From assembly GCA_039740895.1 (NCBI GenBank), contig JBCLGS010000001.1, positions 4,013 through 68,012 on the forward strand: DNA of 64,000 nucleotides, read 5' to 3'. Shown here piece after piece: positions 17,013-29,303 of the stretch. Numbering within the stretch: the first letter of the stretch is position 1; every line of letters starts with the position of its first letter. Position numbers and translations under genes: made by a program. Under the pieces are notes generated by a model that was not told where the DNA came from, did not search any database, and was given only the letters and a program-made list of their open reading frames with translations. This DNA comes from Parcubacteria group bacterium. GTDB taxonomy: Bacteria > Patescibacteriota > Minisyncoccia > Phycocordibacterales > DATDWN01.

Positions 17013-18200
17013 TTAAACATCTTGCTGGGTATTTTGAGGAGCAGGCTCTCTTTTTCCAGCTATTGTGTTCATAATCTCAGGAAGTTTTTCAAGTTTTATA
17101 CGCTTAAGAAAATCAGTTGTTCCTTCACTTAATTTGTCTTGATTCATTAATTCTATTGCTTTTTTTAAATGTTTTTTAGTAAACTTCTCTTCGTACTTCC
17201 AGATACCTTTTTGTTCCAATTCATATTCAAGTACACGCTTACGAGCATCCATTTCCGTAGGATTAGAAAAATATTCATTATCCTCTTTTGCATCCGAGGA
17301 TAATGAACGATATGCTTTTTTGTACAATTTTTTAGCATACCTTGACATATATTTGTTATCATCTGTAATTGCATGCTGTCCTTCATGAAGAGCCACGGGT
17401 TCATTCATTAAATGAGCATCAGAGCTGATAATGTATTTACCTTCTAATTCAGGTCTTCCAGTTCCAGAATTATAAGAAATATACTCCCCAGCAACTCCTT
17501 TATCCAGAGGGTGATGTTGATCCTGAATTCTTAGATTGTCAGATACTGCAATACCTTTTCTACGTTCTATTTCCTCATCAGATAGACCCTCAAATTTCTT
17601 AGCTTTTAAAGCATATTCCGGAGAATGTACTACTCCTGCCAACCACCTTCTTTGGTCATCAGCATCTTTATAATTAAGTTCAGCTTCCATCTTAAGTTTA
17701 TTAAATTCAGATTCCCCTACTAAATTATATTCCCGATGAGTTTTTACATATTTTTTATACTTATCATAACTTTCAAATGCTATTCGTTGAGGATTATTTT
17801 TTTCAATTTCCACATGTGCTCTTTCACCATTCGTTGTTTGTGCTTCTATACCACCTGCCATAGAAGCTAGTACTCCTATAGCCATAATTTTTTTAAAACT
17901 TTTATATAATCCACTAGCTGAATCTTTGATGCCACTTAGTGCAGAATTTGTGCCACTTGATTCCATGCGTGATGTAACCTCATCAGAAGTAAATCCTAAT
18001 CTTTCACCAAAACCAATCACATTTGGAGTTACAGTGTCTGCTTTTTCGTCAAATGAAGCTATTTCCGCATCAGATTTTAGATCTAATTCTTTTATTTCTT
18101 CTGTTTCTGTTAAGGGTAATGCTTCGGGTGATACTTCGGGCAGTACGGTACCCTCTTTTAAAGACAAGTCATCTTCTTTTTGTTTTTGTTCAAAATTCAT
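17013..18200 (-). CDS. Hypothetical HExxH protein (putative Zn metallopeptidase-like), membrane-associated
   Basis: ALHEGQHAITD contains HExxH. One hydrophobic segment (IMAIGVLASMAGGI) and an acidic N-terminus. Confidence 0.6.
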   Translation of the reverse strand: MNFEQKQKEDDLSLKEGTVLPEVSPEALPLTETEEIKELDLKSDAEIASFDEKADTVTPNVIGFGERLGFTSDEVTSRMESSGTNSALSGIKDSASGLYKSFKKIMAIGVLASMAGGIEAQTTNGERAHVEIEKNNPQRIAFESYDKYKKYVKTHREYNLVGESEFNKLKMEAELNYKDADDQRRWLAGVVHSPEYALKAKKFEGLSDEEIERRKGIAVSDNLRIQDQHHPLDKGVAGEYISYNSGTGRPELEGKYIISSDAHLMNEPVALHEGQHAITDDNKYMSRYAKKLYKKAYRSLSSDAKEDNEYFSNPTEMDARKRVLEYELEQKGIWKYEEKFTKKHLKKAIELMNQDKLSEGTTDFLKRIKLEKLPEIMNTIAGKREPAPQNTQQDV

Positions 18201-18202
18201 AA

Positions 18203-18361
18203 TTACATTTTTAAATCTTTACGCAACCTTTCTATTTTTTCTTTTTCAAGCTGTCGTCTAAAATTAGAAATTATTTTTTCTTGCTCTTCACTCAATTCAC
18301 CTAATTGCTCTTTGAATTTTAGAAAAGCTATTTTAATTTTTGATATGTTATCTTGAGACAT
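18203..18361 (-). CDS. Small coiled-coil ORF (52 aa, not in ORF track)
   Basis: Hand translation: MSQDNISKIKIAFLKFKEQLGELSEEQEKIISNFRRQLEKEKIERLRKDLKM. The stop is 2 nt before the start of 17013-18200. Confidence 0.4.
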   Translation of the reverse strand: MSQDNISKIKIAFLKFKEQLGELSEEQEKIISNFRRQLEKEKIERLRKDLKM

Positions 18362-18444
18362 TTGAGTTAGTTGGATTCAAGTTTCTAATACAAATAGTAT
18401 AACCTAATTGCACATGAACAACAAATCATATTCATTTTAAATGA

Positions 18445-22282
<3,838 letters not shown>

Positions 22283-22688
22283 AAAATATGATAACACAAA
22301 AACTACTTGAGACCAATGGTTTTTCTATTTTTGTCACTCGTAAATCAAGAGAGTAAATCTCGCTATTTTTAGGTTCTTTGTTTAAAACTTTATCGGTAAT
22401 TACTTTTTCTAGACCATCTATACGGACAATTAGTCTATCTTCTGTTTCCATTATTTCTTTTCTTAATCCAATCCCCAGAGAAAATATCTCAGATTTTAGT
22501 TCTTTGTGCACAGAATCAAAACCCTTGGCTACCATAATGGCAGAATTATCAAGCTTTGTATCAAAATCTTTTGTTACAGAAATAAAACCCTTATTCATCA
22601 TGGTGGCCAAATCATCAATTGTCACACTTTTTATTTTTTTGGAAGTTTCTTTTTTCATTGTTGTTATTATATCATATCAAAAAATAAG

Positions 22689-23288
22689 TCAAAGAAACTT
22701 TTTTAATATTTGAAAATCTTTTAAGAGTAATTCTTTCTGCGAGCCGTTGTATAAAGCCACGGCTGGGTGATATAGAGGAATGACTGTTACTTTACCATTT
22801 TTTGTCTTGGCCACAAAGGATTTCCCATGCATCTCACCAATAGGTCCTAGTAAATCCTTTAACCCAAGACGATTCCTAATATAGACCATTGAAAATCGGC
22901 CAAGCGTAGCAATGACTTTGGGCTTTATTATTTCTATTTGCCTATCCAGAAATGGAGCATATAATTCTATTTCGGCAGGTGTTGGGTCACGGTTTTCTTG
23001 AGGCCTATCCTTCACAATATTTGTAATGTAAACATCTTCGCGTTTTAGACCGATTGAAGCAATCATTTCGTCTAGAAGTTTTCCTGACCGCCCACAAAAA
23101 GGCCGAGCCGTCTCAGCTTCTTTCTTTCCCGGTGCTTCGCCAATGAACATTATTTTTGCATTACAATTCCCTTCTCCAACTACAGGAAAATATTTATTTT
23201 CTATTCTGTATTTATATAAAGGAGATTTTTTAAATTTCAAAAGCTCTTCATAAATCTCTTTCATTTTTTCACTTCTCGTTTCTTTCAT
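22689..23288 (-). CDS. Uracil-DNA glycosylase, family 4
   Basis: GEAPGKKEAETARPFCGRSGKLLD and HPAVALYN motifs. Confidence 0.88.
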   Translation of the reverse strand: MKETRSEKMKEIYEELLKFKKSPLYKYRIENKYFPVVGEGNCNAKIMFIGEAPGKKEAETARPFCGRSGKLLDEMIASIGLKREDVYITNIVKDRPQENRDPTPAEIELYAPFLDRQIEIIKPKVIATLGRFSMVYIRNRLGLKDLLGPIGEMHGKSFVAKTKNGKVTVIPLYHPAVALYNGSQKELLLKDFQILKKFL

Positions 23289-23291
23289 TAA

Positions 23292-24140
23292 CTATAATGA
23301 TTTTATTTCCTCTAAAACTTTTTTGGCTTCCTCGCCCTTTACTCCAACTGACTCAAGTAACTCTGGATTTTCTGCAAGTGTTTTACACAAAACAATTCCT
23401 CGAGAAAGCAATTCTTTTTTTGCAAAACCTTCCAGAGTGACAAGGCAGGTTAGCGGATGAAGTTTGGCTTCAAGTATCATGTCGTGCAGATTTCCATGCT
23501 CGGGATAATTCCAACCTATCATTATCAAACGGTTCCCATGATGTGAGCCATACTCTATAGCGGTGCTTGTAAATTTTGTATTTGTAATAAGCCAACCTTC
23601 ATCTAGTTTTCTTTTCTTTCCACCATACTCAAATGTTTGTGTGCTTAAATCGTCAAATCTCTCTTTGACATACAAAACAATCTTCAAATCTGATTTCACT
23701 CCAAGCTCATTATGAAATTTCGCTTCCACCATTATAAGCTTCTGGTCGTTCCATGCTACGACATCCATTTCGTGTTCTACATACTGTCCCTTGACCACCT
23801 GACCGGTCAAAGTTTCAAAACCTTTTGTTTTAAATATCTCTGCAACATAATCCTCAAATGGAAAGCCAGAAGGTCCAAGTTCCATAATGGCTCTTTTCAA
23901 CGAATATCTTACTGCTACTGGGCGATTCTCTTCATGAAGTAAAGTAAAAGCACGATGATAAATATCGTATGTCGTCATACCATCAATCAAATCGTTTTGG
24001 ATTGTATTTATAATAGACTGGACATCATTTGAGCTTGCTCCAGCGTGCTTTAAAGAATGTTCAAGTTTAGAAACATCAAATAATTCCCGAGTGCCATCGG
24101 CTTTTATAATATAAATTGGTTCTGTATTCATACAAAACAT
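23292..24140 (-). CDS. ATP-cone domain protein with restriction-endonuclease-like (PD-(D/E)xK) C-terminal domain
   Basis: N-terminal ATP-cone (IIKADGTRELFDVSKLEHSL) and later MDVVAW...VEAKF. An alternative start is at 24131. Confidence 0.7.
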   Translation of the reverse strand: MFCMNTEPIYIIKADGTRELFDVSKLEHSLKHAGASSNDVQSIINTIQNDLIDGMTTYDIYHRAFTLLHEENRPVAVRYSLKRAIMELGPSGFPFEDYVAEIFKTKGFETLTGQVVKGQYVEHEMDVVAWNDQKLIMVEAKFHNELGVKSDLKIVLYVKERFDDLSTQTFEYGGKKRKLDEGWLITNTKFTSTAIEYGSHHGNRLIMIGWNYPEHGNLHDMILEAKLHPLTCLVTLEGFAKKELLSRGIVLCKTLAENPELLESVGVKGEEAKKVLEEIKSL

Positions 24141-24167
24141 TATCGCATATTTATAGCTTGGAGCAAA

Positions 24168-25586
24168 TTATAGCGTTTTTTCGATAATTCCTCCGCCAAG
24201 ACACTTATCCCCCCGCCCGCCTCGACCATGAGAGCGTGTCGGGCAGGCATCATACAAAACAGCAGACTGTCCAACCGCCACGCCATTTTGAGGTTTGTCA
24301 AACTTAATTACATAACATGCAGGACTTTTTTTTGAGCTATCGAAAAAATGTTCTTGCTTACGCAAAACATTATTTTCGATCCGATTTTCCTTGTTGGAAA
24401 ATCGTCTGCGTTCTCGTGCAGAAGGCTCTCTTCTGCAAGTCCTACTAATAGTGCATTTTTGTTTTTCTTGACGATATCTTATTCGGACTAGACATTTTAG
24501 AGGAAGTTTTGGTTCGGTGTTTGAAATAAAATGCATATCTGAAACAACAACTTCAGAAGTGCTGAAAACATCCTCAGCTTCAGTTTCTTTATTTGCGACA
24601 GTAATGGTATTTTTATCCAAATCTTTTGCTACCACAAAATACCGAGGCTCATTTGGAGTTTTTTTCAAGATATTATATCCCTGTCTAGCACCTATGGTGT
24701 AAAAAATTGCACCATCGTGATATCCAATAACTTCACTACTAGTATTCAAAACATCTCCCCGTTTAGTTTTTATAAAGTGAGATAAAAATTCACGCATATC
24801 AAGTTTGCCCAAAAAACAAACCCCTTGGCTGTCTTTCTTTGTGGCTGTTGGTAAACCAAACTTTTCCGCGAGCTTCCGAACCTCTGGCTTTGTCATCCCA
24901 CCAATCGGAAAAAGTGAACGAGAAAGCTGTTCTTGATTCAGTGTGTATAAAAAATATGATTGATCTTTATTTTTATCAACTGATTCATGGAGTTGATACT
25001 CGTAATTAAAAATCTCTTTCTCGTCATATCCTTTGGGGAGCACGGATATTTTTCTGTTGAAAAATTCCTCAAGTCTCGCCTGCCCGGCTTGCGAAGTCTC
25101 CCCAAAGGATACGACATCAACGAGATTTTTTTTACTTATCAATCCTATTTGACTATAGTGACCAGTGGCAATAAAATCTGCACCCATCTCCAGTGCCTTT
25201 TTTAAAAAGACACCAAATTTTACATATTTATTACAAAAAACATCTGGGTTTGGAGTTCGTCCCATTTTATACTCTCTTATCATATAGTCAGCAACTTCTT
25301 TCTTGTATTCAGCTTCACAATCCATGGTCAGGAAAGGAACACCGAGTGTGGCGCAAACCCGCATAGCACTTCGTCTTTCTTCCTTCCAATCACATGGCAA
25401 AAAATCTGGATGCCAGGTCTTCAAAAATACACCTGTCACGTCGAAACCATCCCTAAACCCCTCTGGGGTCGGGCGACCAAATAATTTTTCAAAATTATTT
25501 GGTGTAGCCTTTTGTAAGAGCGCCAAAGCCACAGAGCTATCCACTCCACCTGAGACACCTACGAACACCTTTGGCTTTTTATTCAT
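24168..25586 (-). CDS. mnmA: tRNA 2-thiouridine(34) synthase MnmA with in-frame insertions
   Basis: PP-loop VGVSGGVDSSVA, GHY and a C-terminal LGGGII. It is longer than I recall for typical MnmA, owing to inserted segments. Confidence 0.9.
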   Translation of the reverse strand: MNKKPKVFVGVSGGVDSSVALALLQKATPNNFEKLFGRPTPEGFRDGFDVTGVFLKTWHPDFLPCDWKEERRSAMRVCATLGVPFLTMDCEAEYKKEVADYMIREYKMGRTPNPDVFCNKYVKFGVFLKKALEMGADFIATGHYSQIGLISKKNLVDVVSFGETSQAGQARLEEFFNRKISVLPKGYDEKEIFNYEYQLHESVDKNKDQSYFLYTLNQEQLSRSLFPIGGMTKPEVRKLAEKFGLPTATKKDSQGVCFLGKLDMREFLSHFIKTKRGDVLNTSSEVIGYHDGAIFYTIGARQGYNILKKTPNEPRYFVVAKDLDKNTITVANKETEAEDVFSTSEVVVSDMHFISNTEPKLPLKCLVRIRYRQEKQKCTISRTCRREPSARERRRFSNKENRIENNVLRKQEHFFDSSKKSPACYVIKFDKPQNGVAVGQSAVLYDACPTRSHGRGGRGDKCLGGGIIEKTL

Positions 25587-25623
25587 TCACAAGTTATAAC
25601 ATAAAATTAGAAGATGGTAAAAT

Positions 25624-25865
25624 AAAACAAACTAAATAATACCTTTTCTGAGACCCCGCAGACCTGAAGCAGGTTTTGTCAACGACCCGACTGAAAGGAG
25701 GGCTCATTGACAAATTCAGGTCGAGGTGAGAAGTGATAGTATCACTTCGCAAGACCTTGAGCGTCTGTAGTCAGATGCGAAAGGTGTACTGCTCCTGTAA
25801 GGAGAGAATTCAAAACCCGCTGGGGTTTTGAATGTTCTCAGAAAAGGTATTATTTAGTTTGTTTT
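25624..25865 (+). repeat. Structured palindromic element C2 carrying the conserved core (25727-25802)
   Basis: ~30-bp terminal inverted repeats (aaaacaaactaaataataccttttctgaga / tctcagaaaaggtattatttagtttgtttt). Its end overlaps the mltG stop. Confidence 0.8.
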
Positions 25866-26883
25866 ATTTGAGATATTTTTGCTTGTTAATAATATGCTCA
25901 GCAAAAGTTTTTGCGTAGTGAATTGTGCCATCTTTTTCTGTGAGAAAATAAAGATAATTTGTTTTTATAGGTGTATATGCGGCAATGATAGCATCGATAC
26001 CGGGGTTTGATATTGGTCCTATAGGAAGACCTTTATTTGTGTAAGTATTGTAAGGAGAATCTATTTTCAAATCATCCAAAGTTAATTCGTATGTATTTTT
26101 TCCATTTATATATTTAAAAGTCGCATCAACTTGTAGTGGCATACCGATAGCAATTCTTTTCCATAAAATACCTGCCACTATTTGTTTGTCTTTAGGAAGT
26201 GCCTCACCTTCAAGGATTGAAGCCATAATGATGATATCACTAATTGATTTTTTCGTCGTTTGAAGATTTGCAACTTGGAGAATTTTCTTATTGAAATTAT
26301 TCTTCATCAATTCTATAATGTCTGCAGGTTTCGCACTCATCGATACAAAATATGTATCAGGAAATAAATAGCCTTCATATTTTTTGGCTGAATCAACGAA
26401 TTCTTTTTTATTAAATTTCAATAAATTTTTCTCAAGATAATCCCCTATCTGAAATACATTCCAACCTTCTGGTATTGTAATTTTAATTGTATTGATTTGA
26501 AATACTCCATTAACCAGTCTGCGTGCCAACATGAACGAACTTTCTTTCTTGGACAACAAATAATCACCAGCGATAACCTTTTTTTCACCACCAAAAAGAA
26601 TAACCAGCGAACGGAAAACTAATTCCGAACCAATAATATTCTTATTCTTCAAATCAACTGTAATGGACTGGAGAGATTCTCCAAAGCGTATTGTCAAAAC
26701 ATCTCCAACAGGAAAATTTGTTGGTGTAGTGAACAAAAGAACAGAAATAAATGCAAAAATAAAAGCTGTAATAAAAGCTAAAATTGCTTTTGGTCTGGTA
26801 ACTTTCTGATATTCCACATACACCTTAACCTTTTCAGACCAAGATTTCAAAAAAATAATATATTTTGGGTCTTCCATAGGCAA
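25864..26883 (-). CDS. mltG: Endolytic transglycosylase MltG (YceG-like)
   Basis: N-terminal TM and a YceG domain (LEGYLFPDTY, ASILEGEA, SPYNTYTNKGLPIGPISNPG). Confidence 0.88.
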   Translation of the reverse strand: MPMEDPKYIIFLKSWSEKVKVYVEYQKVTRPKAILAFITAFIFAFISVLLFTTPTNFPVGDVLTIRFGESLQSITVDLKNKNIIGSELVFRSLVILFGGEKKVIAGDYLLSKKESSFMLARRLVNGVFQINTIKITIPEGWNVFQIGDYLEKNLLKFNKKEFVDSAKKYEGYLFPDTYFVSMSAKPADIIELMKNNFNKKILQVANLQTTKKSISDIIIMASILEGEALPKDKQIVAGILWKRIAIGMPLQVDATFKYINGKNTYELTLDDLKIDSPYNTYTNKGLPIGPISNPGIDAIIAAYTPIKTNYLYFLTEKDGTIHYAKTFAEHIINKQKYLK

Positions 26884-26886
26884 TTA

Positions 26887-28149
26887 TTATGACGGTAGGT
26901 TTGATGGAGCCTCGGCCTTCTTAGAGCCAATACGCGTGAATGTAGGAGTGGTAGAAACGCCTCCAGGAAAATGATACATTGTGGCAAGCTCCTCGGTATT
27001 CAAAACAAAATGTGGACTTTTAAATGGCCTATAAAAATAGGCTCGTCGTTTATATGCATTAAGTAAATTTTGTTTTGCAAAATCAATATTTTTTTTGGGT
27101 CTATCTTTCCATGCAAGTAAAACTGGCTTATATTTTGGAGGAGGGGCACCACGAGCAGTTTTAAACCCATTTAAAGAATTTGAATTAAAATGCATTATGC
27201 CTCCAACCAAACCCCCAATGTTATTTGAACTACCTAGGCTTTTCGGTGCTGTATATATTAGTCTAATACCTGTATCAAATCCATTTTTTGAGATACTTCG
27301 CTCAAGTGCAGCCACAGTATCTGTTTCACCTTTAGTTAAAAAGCGTGTAGAACCAGGAATTATTTTTCCGTCTTCGCCTTTTTCACCTTTACTTTTTGCT
27401 AAAATTTTATCAATTTGAACTTCAGCATCTTTTTTCCATTTCTTATCGATAAATTTTCCGGGTTTATCAGGATCTGGGTCTTCATCTTTGTGTGCTCGAA
27501 TAATAATCTGAACCCAAGCCTGATAACCCTTACCAAGTGAGCCAAGTGCTTCAATGAGTGGAGTTAGTGGGTCAATTTTAAACTCTTCTTTTGGATCTTT
27601 ATCCATACCATAATCTAAATAAGTTTTTATTGGAAAAGCATCTGGTTTAGTTAGATCAAATTCCGTGGCAAACATATCAGTTACTTCAGGATTATAATTC
27701 ATTGGAAGAGTATAATCTGGAACCTCATAAATCTCAATTCCAGGAAATTGAGAATATAAATTGGCTTCAATTTGATTTTTTGAGCCCTTCTCGCACCATA
27801 TGAAAAAATGCACTCCTCCATCAATTGAAACCATTTCAAGAGAAAAATGTTGTCTGACTTGTCCTTTCCAATATTTTTCAAACCAACTTCCTTCCCGTAA
27901 AGTAGTCCATAAACCGCTAATAAAAAACTCTGCAGCCAAAGGTGATTTAAACATTTCTCTAGGAAGTTTTATTTCCAATAAAATGTATGTTGTTTTAGCA
28001 AAAAATTGAGCACGTCTATAGTCAACCCACAAATCCCACAGTGCCCATCCCAAAATCACAGGTATCCAAATAAATGACGTGTTATAAAGATACTTAAATG
28101 TCATCGCTATAGTTGGATCAGAAAAAAACTTTATATATGAATCAAACAT
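26887..28149 (-). CDS. Hypothetical membrane protein (420 aa)
   Basis: Two N-terminal TM segments and a C-terminal LNTEELATMYHFP motif. No assigned function. Confidence 0.6.
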   Translation of the reverse strand: MFDSYIKFFSDPTIAMTFKYLYNTSFIWIPVILGWALWDLWVDYRRAQFFAKTTYILLEIKLPREMFKSPLAAEFFISGLWTTLREGSWFEKYWKGQVRQHFSLEMVSIDGGVHFFIWCEKGSKNQIEANLYSQFPGIEIYEVPDYTLPMNYNPEVTDMFATEFDLTKPDAFPIKTYLDYGMDKDPKEEFKIDPLTPLIEALGSLGKGYQAWVQIIIRAHKDEDPDPDKPGKFIDKKWKKDAEVQIDKILAKSKGEKGEDGKIIPGSTRFLTKGETDTVAALERSISKNGFDTGIRLIYTAPKSLGSSNNIGGLVGGIMHFNSNSLNGFKTARGAPPPKYKPVLLAWKDRPKKNIDFAKQNLLNAYKRRAYFYRPFKSPHFVLNTEELATMYHFPGGVSTTPTFTRIGSKKAEAPSNLPS

Positions 28150-28174
28150 ATAGTGAAGTATAACAAATTTTAAT

Positions 28175-29245
28175 TTATACTGCTATGTATTTACCTTCTT
28201 TATTTTTCTTAAAAAACTTTGGATTCTGTAGGTTTACCATGATAGTGTTTTCCTTTACATATCTTTCCTTCAAAACTTTTTCAATGACTTGTTCCTTTGT
28301 AAGTGGGCCGTTCTTTTCTAATACCCCTCGGATAACATCCTTGACCACACCTGACATATATCCCCATTCTCTTAGAGCATATAGTCCTCGGCCAACCAAA
28401 ACAAATCGAGGGTCTTTAATGAGCTCGTTGTGTGTTGTGGCAACATGAGCTTTTTTCTTGAACAATTCTGTAATAAGTTTTGCAACCTCTCGGAAGTGAA
28501 TTGGTGAACCATGTCGTCGGATAACTAGAAAAGCATAATCTCGCATACCTTTCGCATTGATGTTTGGAGAACCAGTCTTACCCCATTCGCCCAGCGGGTT
28601 TTTATCAATCAACTTTGAAAGATGTAACCATCTCTTTGCTATTTCTTGATTTTTGTATTTATCTGAAACATCTATCAAATTCTCTAGAAACTTTTCAATC
28701 ATATCTGATTCCAAAAGAATTTCTTCGTCTGAAAGTTTGCTGTATAGCTGTCGAAGAGACTCGTGAATCTTCTTTGCAAGATCCTTATCTACATACCATC
28801 GATGTTTAAATTCTTCGTCTTCTTTTTCCTTTATAAAATCTTCACCAATAATAAGCAAAAAATGGAGATGATTTTGCGTTGATTTATCTTTAGATAGATG
28901 TGCTAGAAAATGCTCTTCAGAAACTATTGTTCCCAAGTCTGTCATGATCTTTTTCAATTCATCAAAAGCTGGCTTTTCCTTGATATATTCTTTGGATTTT
29001 CTAATACTTGCGATTGAATAGTTTTCAATTTGTCGTACCCGCTCACGAGTGATTTTATACTTCTTTCCAATAGCCTCAAGGGTCATTCTTTTTGTCTCTG
29101 CACCAAGACCTATGCGGCTTATCAAAACATCCTGAGCTCTATTTGAAAGAACTGAAAGTAGACGCTTTGTTACTTGTTTAGGTTTGAATGTGATTGGTGA
29201 TTTTTCGCTCATATTTATAATGTTTCTAATTGATAATAAATTCAA
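28175..29245 (-). CDS. Sigma-70 region-4-like HTH protein with HARE-HTH-like C-terminal domain
   Basis: TLEAIGKKYKITRERVRQIENYSI (region 4.2-like) and C-terminal FLVIRRHGSPIHFREVAKLI. An alternative start is at 29212. Confidence 0.6.
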   Translation of the reverse strand: MNLLSIRNIINMSEKSPITFKPKQVTKRLLSVLSNRAQDVLISRIGLGAETKRMTLEAIGKKYKITRERVRQIENYSIASIRKSKEYIKEKPAFDELKKIMTDLGTIVSEEHFLAHLSKDKSTQNHLHFLLIIGEDFIKEKEDEEFKHRWYVDKDLAKKIHESLRQLYSKLSDEEILLESDMIEKFLENLIDVSDKYKNQEIAKRWLHLSKLIDKNPLGEWGKTGSPNINAKGMRDYAFLVIRRHGSPIHFREVAKLITELFKKKAHVATTHNELIKDPRFVLVGRGLYALREWGYMSGVVKDVIRGVLEKNGPLTKEQVIEKVLKERYVKENTIMVNLQNPKFFKKNKEGKYIAV

Positions 29246-29303
29246 ACTAACTTCAAACTAACTTATGGGTTATTTGTATCATTATTGTCCATTTAAGTCA
29301 AGT

